Shown: positions 46,813 to 57,870, counted from the stretch's first letter. The stretch: DNA of 64,000 nucleotides from Chloroflexota bacterium (GCA_964291655.2 OZ219802.1:672001-736000); one strand, 5' to 3'. The notes: generated by a model from the sequence alone, not told the origin. Made by a program: numbers and translations.

Positions 46813-47750
46813 TCGCGGATTTTCCTTCCGGTGAGATGGAGGAATACGTCCTCCAAAGTGCCGCGCTGAATGCGCAAGCTATCCAGACTCAATGCGGACT
46901 CGCCGGATACCTGCAAGAGAGACGCCATAGTCTCACGGATGTTCGTCGTATAGATGGCGGCGGAGCCATGCTTCATGTCGACGTGCGTTACGCCTGACAG
47001 TCCTGCCAGGCTGCTTGCGTCCACGCCATCCATGAGCGCGACTTCAATTGCCCGTTCCGGCACAAATTCGTCCACCAGATCGCGAGGCGTGCCAAGAGCG
47101 AGAATCTTGCCGTGGTCGATGACGGCAACACGCTGGCACAAGACTTCGGCTTCTTCCATATAGTGTGTTGTCAGCAACACGGTCTTGCCCTGATTGCGCA
47201 TCTGCTCCACGATATCCCAGAGGGCGCGGCGGGCCTGGGGGTCAAGACCGGTTGTGGGCTCATCCAGGAAGACTAAGGCCGGATCGTTGATGAGCGTCAG
47301 CGCCAGTGAGAGCCGTTGTTTCTGACCGCCGGAGAGATGCCGGTACTTGGCCTTGCGCCGCTCCTGCAGCCCCACTAAATCGAGGAGTTCGGCAACCGGC
47401 TTGCTATCGCTGTAGAAGCTGGCAAACAGACGGAGAATCTCTTCTACGCTCAGCAGCGGGAAGAGTTCTGTCTGCTGCAATTGGACGCCGATTTGCGCCT
47501 TGACCGCATCGCCCTCTTGCGCCGGGTCGTATCCCGTCACCTGCACGCGGCCGCCGTCGCGCTCGCGCAGTCCGATGAGGATTTCCACCGTCGTAGTCTT
47601 GCCGGCGCCGTTGGGTCCCAGCAAGCCGAAGACCTCACCCGCTTCCACGGCGAAGCTCAACCCATCCACCGCCCGGAGGTCGCCATAGGACTTTTGCAGG
47701 TTTTCTACGACAATCGCAGCCAACAGGTGTCCCTTGCATTCCTTTGCCAA
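46809..47750 (-). CDS. ABC-2 type exporter ATPase
   Basis: GPNGAGKTT, LSGGQKQR, LDEPTTGLDP, LTTHYMEEAE; start may be ~47723. Confidence 0.93.
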   Translation of the reverse strand: MAKECKGHLLAAIVVENLQKSYGDLRAVDGLSFAVEAGEVFGLLGPNGAGKTTTVEILIGLRERDGGRVQVTGYDPAQEGDAVKAQIGVQLQQTELFPLLSVEEILRLFASFYSDSKPVAELLDLVGLQERRKAKYRHLSGGQKQRLSLALTLINDPALVFLDEPTTGLDPQARRALWDIVEQMRNQGKTVLLTTHYMEEAEVLCQRVAVIDHGKILALGTPRDLVDEFVPERAIEVALMDGVDASSLAGLSGVTHVDMKHGSAAIYTTNIRETMASLLQVSGESALSLDSLRIQRGTLEDVFLHLTGRKIRE

Positions 47751-48113
47751 GACACTCCAGGAATCATACCATGCAAGGTTAACATTTACAAATCTCGCTC
47801 AAGAGACATTCAGAACTCCAATTGTTCGCATTGAACATGCTATCATCACAGGTTCACGTTTCACACAATCACGCATGTCTTGTACAAGACGCGAGCATGC
47901 GCCGTGCCGGATACCAAGTACGCAGAACCGGCAGGCGGCGTCAATAATGCTAATGACACCAAAACCCTCGCTAGTCGAAGCGCGAGGCCCCGCGCCATCC
48001 GCTCGGCTTTCAGCGGACACGACCCCGGTCCGAGAATTACATTCCATGCTTGATGGATATATAATCGCCATGGGACGACACACATCAGCATTCAACTCGT
48101 GGGAGGAACACCC

Positions 48114-48989
48114 GTGGTCATAGACGCCCATCATCATCTCGGTCAGGAAAAAGACTACGCCGACAAACTCATCGACACGATGGCCAAGCTCGGCGTAGAC
48201 AAGACGGTACTGCTGGCGACTAGCACCAGTGGGCCGGGCAGCAGCAACGAGGGAATTGAGCAGGCTATCAAGAAACACCCGGACGAACTCGTTGGATTCG
48301 GCTGGGTGGACCCGGCCCTAGACTCCAACGCCGTGGATACGGTGCAGCAGCTCTACGACAGCGGCTTCAGAGGCCTAAAGTTTATCAAGACGCGCAAAGC
48401 CTATGACGACCGCTCCTACATTCCCACCTATCAGAAAGCCGCCGACCTGGAAATGCCCATTCTCTTTCATCAAGGTATCGTCGCCCGGCACGCCAATGAC
48501 ATAGAGAACGACGTTCACTCCGGTCGCATGATGCCGGTGCATCTGGACTACATTGCCCGCCAGGTTCCTGAACTCGTCATGATCGGCGCCCATCTTGGCA
48601 ACCCCTGGTGGTATGAAGGCGGCATGGTACTGCGCTGGAATCCCAACCTTTACATGGACATCACCGGCTCGACGTTGAAAATGCTGGACCCGGAAGACGT
48701 GGGCAAGATCCTGTGGTGGCGCCGCGACAGCCAGTATCGCGATCCCTGGGGACGCGACGCCTGGGAAAAGATCATCTTTGGCACCGACGTGCCGTACTTC
48801 CTCATGGAAGACGTGATGAACGACTACCGCAACTGCATGGACGTGCTCGGCGTACCGCCCGACATCCAGCAGGGCGTATGGGGTAACACCATGGAAAAGA
48901 TCTTGAGCTACGAACTCTCCGAAAAGCACCGCCCGTTTGATGATAGTGGCGGCCACTACCCCCACGCCATACCGCAAGATGACAAGTGA
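48114..48989 (+). CDS. Amidohydrolase_2 family metal-dependent hydrolase
   Basis: IDAHHH, GLK, ILFH.G, GAHLG.P, IFGTD; GGAGG RBS. Confidence 0.88.
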   Translation: MVIDAHHHLGQEKDYADKLIDTMAKLGVDKTVLLATSTSGPGSSNEGIEQAIKKHPDELVGFGWVDPALDSNAVDTVQQLYDSGFRGLKFIKTRKAYDDRSYIPTYQKAADLEMPILFHQGIVARHANDIENDVHSGRMMPVHLDYIARQVPELVMIGAHLGNPWWYEGGMVLRWNPNLYMDITGSTLKMLDPEDVGKILWWRRDSQYRDPWGRDAWEKIIFGTDVPYFLMEDVMNDYRNCMDVLGVPPDIQQGVWGNTMEKILSYELSEKHRPFDDSGGHYPHAIPQDDK

Positions 48990-49046
48990 GTTCTGGGCGG
49001 AGCCACGTCCATTTGCTGAGACTCTCTACGCGGCAAGTAGCGTGCC

Positions 49047-50315
49047 GTGAAAAGAGCCGTATCCTCGTTGGGTTCGCTTTTCTACGTCCCGTCAACCGAG
49101 CGGACCTTCCGCCGCAATCTCCTGGTTCTCTTGAGCTGGGAAGGCATGTGGGGATGCGGCCTTGCGTTCGTGGCGCCGCCGGTCATCAACGCGCTTCTCC
49201 TGCAGCTAACTGATTCGCGCACTCTCGTCGGCTTGGTATACCTCGCTCACGTTGCATCACTGCCGGCCCTGATACCGGCCGCCATGCTGAACCAGAGGCT
49301 CCGGACACGGCGTCAACTCATTGCCGGCTTACACGCCGCCATCGGGCTCTTGTTCGCCCTTATGGGCGTGGTGGTATGGTTCCTTTGGCAGCACCCGATG
49401 GCAGCCATCCTTCTGTTGTTCACACTGCTTGCCCTCACGTGGCTGTCATTTGGCGCCGTGATTGCCCCGGCGTTCGAGCTGTTCAGCATACTCTTCGGCC
49501 GGCACTACGGCACCGTAAGCGGCTGGCAATTCTTCGTGCACCGCATATCCGGCGTAGTCGGCGGACTTATCGCAACCTGGCTACTCGCGGCCTGGGCTTG
49601 GCCCGCGAACTTCACGCTGGCATTCGTCCTCGGCGGCATTGTAATCATTTTGAGCAATCTCATCCTATTGCGCATCGCAGAACCGGTCGCGACGCCGCGT
49701 ACGACGTTCAAGTCTCTGCCCGACTATACACGCGCCCTGGTTGATCAAGTTGCGCGTAACCGAGACTTCACCAGGCTGTTGGTGGTGGCTGCTTTGACCG
49801 GTCTCCTTCAATCCGTACTCAACTTCTACTCCGTCTATGCGTTCGATGCGGTAGCCGTGCCGCTGGCTGCAGCGGGGGTGCTGGCTGCCGTAGGCTTTAT
49901 CGCCAGCGCGTTTGGCGCCCTGATCGGCGGCCCAGTTGGGGACAAAAGGGGCCATCGCGCTCTGCTGCGCATTGCGCTCACAGTCTATTTCGTTTCCCTG
50001 CTTCTACTGCTGCCTGCCTGGCAGCCGGCATTCTACGCGGCCTGGATACTCGGCAACGCTGCCCTCTTTGCCATGATGATCGCGCGCATCAATCTGGCCA
50101 TGGACCTCGCCCCCGCCGGTGACAAAGGGACGTACACAATGGTTGTGTACTTAGTTGCACAGCCAGCCCTCGGCTTCTCCTCCGTGGGGGCGGGAGCGAT
50201 CATCGATCTTGCCGGATACCTGCCCTTCTTTGCGGTAACTCTCGTACTCACGCTGCTGGCTTTCGGCATCACGTTCTCTTTCCAAGACCCACGGCTTGTC
50301 CCCGAATCTCGGTGA
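49047..50315 (+). CDS. MFS transporter
   Basis: About 12 hydrophobic helices, G.VGDK.GHR motif. Confidence 0.8.
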   Translation: MKRAVSSLGSLFYVPSTERTFRRNLLVLLSWEGMWGCGLAFVAPPVINALLLQLTDSRTLVGLVYLAHVASLPALIPAAMLNQRLRTRRQLIAGLHAAIGLLFALMGVVVWFLWQHPMAAILLLFTLLALTWLSFGAVIAPAFELFSILFGRHYGTVSGWQFFVHRISGVVGGLIATWLLAAWAWPANFTLAFVLGGIVIILSNLILLRIAEPVATPRTTFKSLPDYTRALVDQVARNRDFTRLLVVAALTGLLQSVLNFYSVYAFDAVAVPLAAAGVLAAVGFIASAFGALIGGPVGDKRGHRALLRIALTVYFVSLLLLLPAWQPAFYAAWILGNAALFAMMIARINLAMDLAPAGDKGTYTMVVYLVAQPALGFSSVGAGAIIDLAGYLPFFAVTLVLTLLAFGITFSFQDPRLVPESR

Positions 50316-50464
50316 AAGCAATTCGAACGAACTGGTTGGAGCTGGAACACCAGCATTCAAATTCCCCAAGCAAAGTGGCCAAGAGCGAGAAGCAGTATAA
50401 TCTTGAGCGTACTCCGACAAGCGGCACACGCATGCCATACAAAAAAGAGACTGGGAGCATCAGC

Positions 50465-51352
50465 ATGGAAACGCGCAGACTCGGCCAAACCGACATGGAC
50501 GTGAGTTTGCTGGGGTTTGGCGCGGCGCGCATCGCCACCGATACGGGCTCGCCTGCGGAGGCCGAGCGCCTGCTCAACGCGCTCCTCGACAACGGCGTCA
50601 ACTACATCGACACCGCGGAATGCTACGGCGCAAGCGAGGAGACCCTCGGCAAATTCATCAGTCACCGCCGCGATGAGTATTGGCTCACCACCAAGTGCGG
50701 GCACGTCGCAGGCGACATCACCGCGCCGGAGTGGACGGCAGAGGCGGTGACGCAGAGCATCGACCAATCGCTGCGCCGCATGCGAACAGAATATCTTGAC
50801 CTTGTCCACATCCACACCTGCGAGAGTGACGTTCTGCGCCAAGGCGATGTGGTGCGCACCCTGCAGGACGCCCAAGCAGCCGGCAAGACCCGCTACATCG
50901 GCTTTAGCGGCGACAACGAGGTGGCGGTGGAAGCCATCGACATGGGTGTCTTTGCCACTCTGCTGACGTCGTTCAATGTGGTCGACCAGAGTGGGTTGGA
51001 TGAGGTTCTGCCCGCTGCTGAAGCCGCCGGCATGGGCATCATTGCCAAGCGCCCTATCGCCAACGCTGCATTCAACCGGCCTGCCTCGCCGTACAGCTAC
51101 GCCGACGAATACTGGCAGCGCGCGCAGCGCTTCACGCTGCCGGACGGCGCGCCGGCAGACGGCGTGGCGCTGGCGCTGCGCTTCTGCCACTCATTCGACT
51201 ACATCGATACGGCCATCGTCGGCATAGACAGTCTTGACCAACTGCGCAGCAATATCGCGCAGGTCGCGGCCGGGCCTTTACCCTCGTCCGTACTAACGTC
51301 ATTGAGAGAGCAATTCAGAGAACACGGCCAAGACTGGTCACAGCTAATGTAA
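50465..51352 (+). CDS. Aldo/keto reductase
   Basis: R.LG.T...VS.LGFG, IDTAECYG.SE, TKCG, SL.R..T.YLD...IH, GK.RYIG.S. Confidence 0.93.
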   Translation: METRRLGQTDMDVSLLGFGAARIATDTGSPAEAERLLNALLDNGVNYIDTAECYGASEETLGKFISHRRDEYWLTTKCGHVAGDITAPEWTAEAVTQSIDQSLRRMRTEYLDLVHIHTCESDVLRQGDVVRTLQDAQAAGKTRYIGFSGDNEVAVEAIDMGVFATLLTSFNVVDQSGLDEVLPAAEAAGMGIIAKRPIANAAFNRPASPYSYADEYWQRAQRFTLPDGAPADGVALALRFCHSFDYIDTAIVGIDSLDQLRSNIAQVAAGPLPSSVLTSLREQFREHGQDWSQLM

Positions 51353-51499
51353 AAGAATTTCTGCGCCTTCGCGGAGTTTAATTTGCAGTAGTTCCTCAAC
51401 CAAGGCTCATCCGTTGTTAGGCGGCTACCGATCGTGCTGAGGGGGCTTTGCGAAGACCGTGCCGAAGCATGCACGGTGTTGCGAACCGTAATTCCTGCT

Positions 51500-51561
51500 C
51501 CCTTGAGCGGCTCTTCGACAGGCTCAGAGCCTGCCCCGAACTTGATTTAAGAGCGAGCGGA
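51500..51561 (-). repeat. REP family F copy carrying a nested 24-bp insertion
   Basis: Minus strand: TCCGCTCGCTC[TTAAATCAAGTTCGGGGCAGGCTC]TGAGCCTGTCGAAGAG. Confidence 0.5.
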
Positions 51562-51574
51562 TGACAGTGCCCAA

Positions 51575-52888
51575 TCACCCATTTGAATTACTCTCGCGCG
51601 CACCGGCGCCTTGCCTTCTCGATTGAGCACGGCTCGGCAGGCCAAAATACCATAAGAAGATTACAGCGCTAATGCCGGTCAGGACGGCGCTCGCCAAGAA
51701 GAAGCTCTGATAGCCGTAGATGCCTACCAGGTAGCCGCCGGCGAACCCCATGGTGCCCCAGCCAATTCCCGCCACCATATTGGCGACGCCGGCGGCTGTC
51801 TCCCGCCAGCGCGCGGGCACGACTTCCATCGTGTGGCGCAAGCTGCACGGGCGCTGAATGTACGTAAAACTGACCAGCCCGGCGTAGCCTACCGCCGCGC
51901 CGGCCCAATGTGGGATGAGCGCAAATGCCACGGTGCTCAGCGCCATGCCCAGGCTGGCCCACACGATTACCGGTTCAAGACCCCACCGCCGCGCGAGAAA
52001 GGGTGACATGAGTGCAGCAAAGCCGCCCACAAGCTGACCGACCGCGGCCAACATCCCGATCTGCGCCGTGGGCATCGCCAACATCTCATCTAGATAGACG
52101 TTGAAAAACGTGCGCTGGGCTCCCTCAGATGCGATGCGCAGCATGATGACCAATCCCATCATCGTAATGATGAGTACCGGCAGACCCGACGCGGACCTGC
52201 TCGTGCGCACCGGCGGCTCTGAGTCTTGGGCGTGTGACGCAGTCGCGGTAGTCTTGAAAAGCGCTACGACGCCGACGAGCAAGGCGACCGCCGCCACCAG
52301 CAACGCCAACGCGAAAGAGGCCGTGTCGGTGATGGGCAGCAGTCTCGCCAACGTCCCCGGCAGAAAGCCACCGACCAAAGCACCGACAAAAGCCGCGATA
52401 GGGCTCATGCCGACCCGCAGAGAATAAAGGTACATGCGTTCGCGGGGCGTGGTTGACTGCAACATGAACGGATTGCTGTTCACGAAATAGGCGTCGAGAC
52501 CCAGGGACGTGACGGTGAACGTGGCGGCAATCCACGCCACCTGCTGGGAGCCTTCCAGGAATTGCGCGGCGGGGAGCAAGCCCGTGCCCAAGGCGGCGAG
52601 CACGAACCCCACCTGCAACATGCGCCGCGTGCCATAGCGCGCCCCTAGAGCGCCCGCCGGTATGCTGAACACGGCATACGCTACAAAGCCCATGCCGTTG
52701 ACCAACCCGACGACCGTAGGTCCATACCCGAGGCGGAGCAGGTAGAGATTGAGGAGCACGGCATAGATGCCGAAGAAGGCGAACCCGAGGAGCAGCGCGC
52801 TGAGAATGAAGATCCGCACGTTGCGGTTGAAGAGCCGCAACGCCTGGAAATAGCCGGTCACCGCCATCGCGTCTTGGGTCGTCTGCAC
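51575..52888 (-). CDS. MFS transporter
   Basis: LNLYLL.LGY....G, PAG.L..RYG.RR, FFNVYL; about 12 TM; start 52888 or 52867. Confidence 0.85.
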   Translation of the reverse strand: MQTTQDAMAVTGYFQALRLFNRNVRIFILSALLLGFAFFGIYAVLLNLYLLRLGYGPTVVGLVNGMGFVAYAVFSIPAGALGARYGTRRMLQVGFVLAALGTGLLPAAQFLEGSQQVAWIAATFTVTSLGLDAYFVNSNPFMLQSTTPRERMYLYSLRVGMSPIAAFVGALVGGFLPGTLARLLPITDTASFALALLVAAVALLVGVVALFKTTATASHAQDSEPPVRTSRSASGLPVLIITMMGLVIMLRIASEGAQRTFFNVYLDEMLAMPTAQIGMLAAVGQLVGGFAALMSPFLARRWGLEPVIVWASLGMALSTVAFALIPHWAGAAVGYAGLVSFTYIQRPCSLRHTMEVVPARWRETAAGVANMVAGIGWGTMGFAGGYLVGIYGYQSFFLASAVLTGISAVIFLWYFGLPSRAQSRRQGAGARESNSNG

Positions 52889-53082
52889 GGGGCGCTTGCC
52901 TTCTACAAAACGAAATCGCGCCGCGTGGAACGGCGCGCGTGTACTGCTGTAGGCAGAGGGTATCGTACCACGCCCGCAGCACCCCCGCTGTGAGGGCCGC
53001 AGACGACCAGCCACGGCGGGTCAGTCACATACAAACAAGCCGCCGGCAACGCACGGAGAATGGCTTACGAGGACGGCCTCCG

Positions 53083-53105
53083 GTAGCGCAGGATTGTAAC
53101 CTGCG
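53083..53105 (+). repeat. REP family E
   Basis: GTAGCGCAGGATTGTAACCTGCG. Confidence 0.65.
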
Positions 53106-53239
53106 TCCCCCGCCACAAGCCGTAAAGCCAGTATCACAACACTCGAATAAAAGTGGCGAGGAAACCAACCGGCGCGCGGGTAGCCATGCGCAACCGCCGC
53201 GCCCTGCCGGCCGCGTACGGAGAGCACAGGGCCGACCCT

Positions 53240-54010
53240 TTACAGCGACGCCATCACCTTCTTGATGTGGGCCGCCGCATTCGATACGCACTCCACGGTG
53301 TTGCAGTGCTCGATGTGCATGGCGACGTCGAGGCCCCGGTCGAGCATCGCGCGGAAGATCTCGGCATACGGCACCTCGCCCTCACCCACCGGACGTTCTT
53401 CCTTCGCGTCGGCATGGTAGACGGCGTCTTTCACGTGGCCGTTGATGATGCGGTCGGCGTAACGCTCGATAACCAACAGCGGATCGCTGCCGACGACGTA
53501 GTAGTTGGTGGGATCGTAGTTCAGCCAGAAGTTCGGATGGTCGACCAGTTCCATCAGCCGCTCGACCCGCTCCAGCGTGTGCACGAAACACGGCGGATCG
53601 GCCTCCAGCGCAAAGCGAACACCGCGCTCCGCAGACCGCTCGCAGACCGCACGCGTGATGTCCGCGCACGCCTCCCACGTATCGGCCTGGGGCACGCCCG
53701 GCGCCGGCGACATGACGCGGGTGAAGAAGATGTCCACGTCCAACACCTCGCACGCGTCGAGCGCGAAGTCGAGCTGTTCCAGGATCTCTTCCCGGAGAGT
53801 CGGGTCGCAAAGGCCCATTGCGCCACCCATGGATGTCACTTCTACACCCAATTCGGCGCACGCCTCGTTCAGTTCATCGCAGTCCGCCAACGACGCAAAC
53901 TCCGTCCGCGCCACCTCAATGGCAGGCAACTCCAAGTCTGCCGCAAGCTGCGCCTTCTGTCGGAACGAAAGCCCCCGCAACCCCGGCGTGCGGTATCCAA
54001 AGCGAATCAT
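53240..54010 (-). CDS. Sugar phosphate isomerase/epimerase
   Basis: FALE, NYDP.N, HVKD, GEGEV, IEH. Confidence 0.87.
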   Translation of the reverse strand: MIRFGYRTPGLRGLSFRQKAQLAADLELPAIEVARTEFASLADCDELNEACAELGVEVTSMGGAMGLCDPTLREEILEQLDFALDACEVLDVDIFFTRVMSPAPGVPQADTWEACADITRAVCERSAERGVRFALEADPPCFVHTLERVERLMELVDHPNFWLNYDPTNYYVVGSDPLLVIERYADRIINGHVKDAVYHADAKEERPVGEGEVPYAEIFRAMLDRGLDVAMHIEHCNTVECVSNAAAHIKKVMASL

Positions 54011-54112
54011 TGAATTCCTTTCACTTGCATCTACACAGTTGAAAAAGAGCGGGAAATGTGTAAATTCGCCACGCGACAATCGACTCCACCATGCACGATC
54101 ACTTCAGCAATC

Positions 54113-56467
54113 CTATGGCGCACTATCAGAAAATCCCGGCTGACTTAGTGCATACACGTACCCACTTTCCGCGTTCACGTAGACCACACCTTCTATTTCG
54201 ACTGGCGCAGAAGCCGCACCTCTTCCCACTGAATAGTGCCACTGCACTTTGCCGCTCAAGGCATCCAGCGCGTACACGAAGCCATCTGACGATGTCACAT
54301 ATGCCACGCCTCCCCGTACAGTTGGGGAATGTGTTACCGTACCGTCCGTGAGAAAGCACCAGCGCGGTTCCCCAGTGACGGCATCCAAAGCATGCACGAG
54401 CGCATCATCAGCGCCAAGATAGACCAAGCCGTCAGCTATCGTCGGAGAAGACACCACGATGGGGATCGAGGGCCAATGTGCCAGGCCCCCTGCAGATCGC
54501 CCACTCGCGCTGTTGTCGCCCGGCGCGCATGCAGACCGCCAGCGCAGATTTCCGGTCTCGGCCTCTAGAGCATAAATGGAGACCTCGCTTATGCCCCAGC
54601 CTGCTATCAGCGCCGAGCCGACGTACACACTGTCACCAGACGCCGCCGGAGCAGCGTACATGATGTCCTCCATCTGGTAACTCCAGCGCAATTCTCCACT
54701 CGCGGCGTCCAAAGCAAAAATGCGGCCGTCGCCAGCGCCAAAGTACACGGAATTCCCGCTCAGCGCGGGAGCGGCATACACTTGGGACTCCTGAAAGTAA
54801 CCTGCGTCGTAGTGCCAGATTGACTCCCCAGTCGCGACGTCCAACGCGTAGAGATTCGCTTTGGCGCCTTCATCCCAGTTAATTGAGGAAACATAGACCA
54901 ATTCGTTGTCCACAGCGGGGACCGACACGGCGCCACCAACGTCATGGCGCCACAAGACTTCGCCGGTTAGTGCCTCAAGCGCATACACATGGCCATCGTC
55001 TGAGCCAATGTAGACGACGCCGTTTACCGCTTCTTGCAGGACGCGGACATTTCCATCCGCCTTGAAGCGCCAGAATGCCTCCCCGGTCGCAGGATCCAGC
55101 GCGTACGCAATGCCTTGGGGCGAACCAAGATAAAGCAAGCGAGAGTTTTCCGGCGGCGTGGCAGACAATTCGTTACCGGTCTTAAAACGCCAGCGCTCCT
55201 CCCCGGTAACAGCCTCCAGTGCAAAGACTAAGGAATCTCCTGGATCGAAAAGACTCACCGAGGTGAAATAGACCGCGCCAGCAACCACCGTCGGAGCATC
55301 AAGTACATACTCATCTACCCGGACTTGCCATAATGCCTTACCTGTCGAGACGTCTATAGCATGTACGAAAGCACTCCCATCCTCATAATCCACGCTTGTT
55401 CCCATGTAGACGACACCTTCTGTCAGCGAAAACCTTCTAACCGTGCCGCCCGTCCGGTTGCGCCACAGCAGCTCTCCGGTTTTCGCATTCAGCGCGTCCA
55501 CCGACGCCTCGCCTTCATCTTTCGATTCCACAAAAACTAGGCCGTCAAGGAACGCTGGAGGGCTCGAGTGGGATTCACCAGTACGATGCCGCCAGCGCGC
55601 TTCACCGGTGGCTGGGTCAAGACTGTAAAGAACTCCGCCGAACGATGCCACATATAGACTGTAGTCTCCCACAGCCAGAGAAGTGAATAGACCTTCGGCC
55701 ATCCTTAAGCTCCAGCGACGCTGCCCGGTGTCTGCGTCTAGGGCTGTCACGTGATCGTAGAGAGAGTTAACGAATATCAAGTCGTTTGCCACCTGCGGTG
55801 CAAATATCCTTCCAGCAAAGTTGTACCGCCATATCAAACTACCTGTGCGAGAGTCCAGCGCGTCTACAAAATGATCATCTGAGCCATCATACGACGTGAC
55901 ATAGAGGTAGACCTTCCCATCGTCAACTAGCGGAGAGTTTCCTCTATAGCCGTCAGCCTGGTAGCGCCACTGCAATTCCCCGGTCGCAGCATTCAAGGCG
56001 TACACGTGGCCGTCAGCAGAGCCTGCGTAAACGACGCCATCCACCACTCTCAAAGCAGCTCCAGCGGAGCCGCCTGTCTGATAGACCCAGCGCAATTCCC
56101 CGGTTGTGGCATCCAATGCGTACAGGTGATGATCCCAGGAGCCAAAGTAGACCAGTCCCTCACGCGCTACCGGAGATGCAATTGGTCCACGCGCGCGGAA
56201 GCGCCAGAGCACCTCGCCCCTAGCTATGTCCAGCGCATAGAAGTAGCCATCGCGGGCGCCGAAGTAGGCTACGCCATTGCTTATTGTCGGTGACGCCGTT
56301 GCCCCACCACCCATCTGATGGAACCAGAGCAGTTCCCCAGTTTCCCATGGTCTTGGAAAGGGCGTCGGCGCGACGGGCGCAGGTCCAAGACTTGCGCAAG
56401 AACTCAATATTGCTACAGCAGCGGCCAATGCCAGCAGCACTACAGCCCAGATTGCAGGCTTACGCAT
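54113..56467 (-). CDS. PQQ-like beta-propeller repeat lipoprotein (BamB/AfsK-like repeats)
   Basis: ILSSC lipobox; about 15 repeats of P....G.VY.GS.D..YALDA.TG...W. Confidence 0.9.
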   Translation of the reverse strand: MRKPAIWAVVLLALAAAVAILSSCASLGPAPVAPTPFPRPWETGELLWFHQMGGGATASPTISNGVAYFGARDGYFYALDIARGEVLWRFRARGPIASPVAREGLVYFGSWDHHLYALDATTGELRWVYQTGGSAGAALRVVDGVVYAGSADGHVYALNAATGELQWRYQADGYRGNSPLVDDGKVYLYVTSYDGSDDHFVDALDSRTGSLIWRYNFAGRIFAPQVANDLIFVNSLYDHVTALDADTGQRRWSLRMAEGLFTSLAVGDYSLYVASFGGVLYSLDPATGEARWRHRTGESHSSPPAFLDGLVFVESKDEGEASVDALNAKTGELLWRNRTGGTVRRFSLTEGVVYMGTSVDYEDGSAFVHAIDVSTGKALWQVRVDEYVLDAPTVVAGAVYFTSVSLFDPGDSLVFALEAVTGEERWRFKTGNELSATPPENSRLLYLGSPQGIAYALDPATGEAFWRFKADGNVRVLQEAVNGVVYIGSDDGHVYALEALTGEVLWRHDVGGAVSVPAVDNELVYVSSINWDEGAKANLYALDVATGESIWHYDAGYFQESQVYAAPALSGNSVYFGAGDGRIFALDAASGELRWSYQMEDIMYAAPAASGDSVYVGSALIAGWGISEVSIYALEAETGNLRWRSACAPGDNSASGRSAGGLAHWPSIPIVVSSPTIADGLVYLGADDALVHALDAVTGEPRWCFLTDGTVTHSPTVRGGVAYVTSSDGFVYALDALSGKVQWHYSVGRGAASAPVEIEGVVYVNAESGYVYALSQPGFSDSAP

Positions 56468-56551
56468 AGAATCCACTCCCAACTATCTCTACATCGCCGC
56501 GAAAGTTGACTCTATTCGTCAGAAGTACCGATAGCTTTCGTATTGAACTCC

Positions 56552-57391
56552 CTAGTCGTCATCTCTCGGCGCTACTGCTTGAGGGCCCCAGTTGCCGTAG
56601 ACCTCGATGGTCTGGTTTTCCAGCTTGGGGCGCACGCTGCGCACCATGATGCCGGGGCGGCCCATGGCCTGGCCGCTCACCTGGAGGTTGCGGGGGTTGC
56701 GGTAGCCGAAGCGCACCACGCGCCGCCAGCGGGGCTGCTCGTTGAGGGCAGAGCCGTGGATGGTCCAGATGCTGAAGAGCACTACGTCGCCCGGGTCCGC
56801 CGGCACGGAAACGGCGTCTTGCAGGCGGTACACGTTCTGATCGAGGTGTGGCGAGCCCTCGCGGCTGTGCTCCAGCGGCCCCAGCTTGTGGCTGCCTTCC
56901 AGGAACTTCAAGCAGCCGCTGGTCTCGTCGGCGCCGTCCACGTGCACGATTGCGTCGAGGTAGCGGCCGTCCTGGTGGGGATAGAATGGGAAGTCCTGGT
57001 GCATGGGAAACGGCGTGCCGGTGTCCGGGCCTTTGGCGTGGAGCGTGCTGTGGTGGAATTCCAGGTCCGGCCCGATGATGTCGGCGATGGACTGCACCAA
57101 CCGCTCCTGCACGAACGCCCGCGCCCAGGCCTCGCTGTAGCTCTGCAGCTCGTGGATGGTCACCAAGAGGCTCTTGTCATCCGCGTCCTTTTCCATCAAT
57201 TGCTTGCGCCACGGGCCGCTCCAGCCTTTGCCGTGGGTGGCAAAGTACTGGATGATGTGGTCGAGCTCCTCGCTGAGCGCCCCGACTTCGTCCGGACTGA
57301 AGACCTGCTTCAGCCGCAGGTAGCCGTGTTCGTTAAAGAATTCCACGTCGTCAACGGAAAGTTTTCCTGATTCTGCAACGGCAACACTCAT
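56552..57391 (-). CDS. Phytanoyl-CoA dioxygenase (PhyH) family Fe/2OG dioxygenase
   Basis: F.E.GY, HQD, GCL....GSH, GDV..F....IHGS..N....R. Confidence 0.92.
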   Translation of the reverse strand: MSVAVAESGKLSVDDVEFFNEHGYLRLKQVFSPDEVGALSEELDHIIQYFATHGKGWSGPWRKQLMEKDADDKSLLVTIHELQSYSEAWARAFVQERLVQSIADIIGPDLEFHHSTLHAKGPDTGTPFPMHQDFPFYPHQDGRYLDAIVHVDGADETSGCLKFLEGSHKLGPLEHSREGSPHLDQNVYRLQDAVSVPADPGDVVLFSIWTIHGSALNEQPRWRRVVRFGYRNPRNLQVSGQAMGRPGIMVRSVRPKLENQTIEVYGNWGPQAVAPRDDD

Positions 57392-57870
57392 CACTTCAGA
57401 CTCCCCTCGGTTAGACTGATTTGAATACGAAAGGAACGAATCGCGTCTGTCGAAACGTGCTAGTTGTTATGCTGCTGCGGCGCCAATCTCTTGTCAAGGC
57501 GCGCAAGCATTCAATCACAAATTGCGTGGGCAATACACAACTCGAATTGTACCTGCAGGCCAACAATTGACAAATAAGCGCAGCCGCTTCAATATAGAGC
57601 GCGAGAAGCGCAAATCCACATCCGGCCTGCCTTCCGTGCAACCGGTGTCGCCTCTGCGCTGCTCCCTGATAGGGGCCGGCTTTCCGGCACATGTGGAGAG
57701 CGTTCAGTTCTGTCTTCTATCGCAGTGCCAGGTTGGCAAAGAAGACATTCCTGCCACCAGGCGGGGCGCAAGTTCCCGCTTTTCGGTCGCACGTCGTTTT
57801 CTATGTTCTCGTGGAGCAATCGCAGCGCGACATTAACGGTTCCCGGAGTTAGGACGAAGAAGGATCTGCC

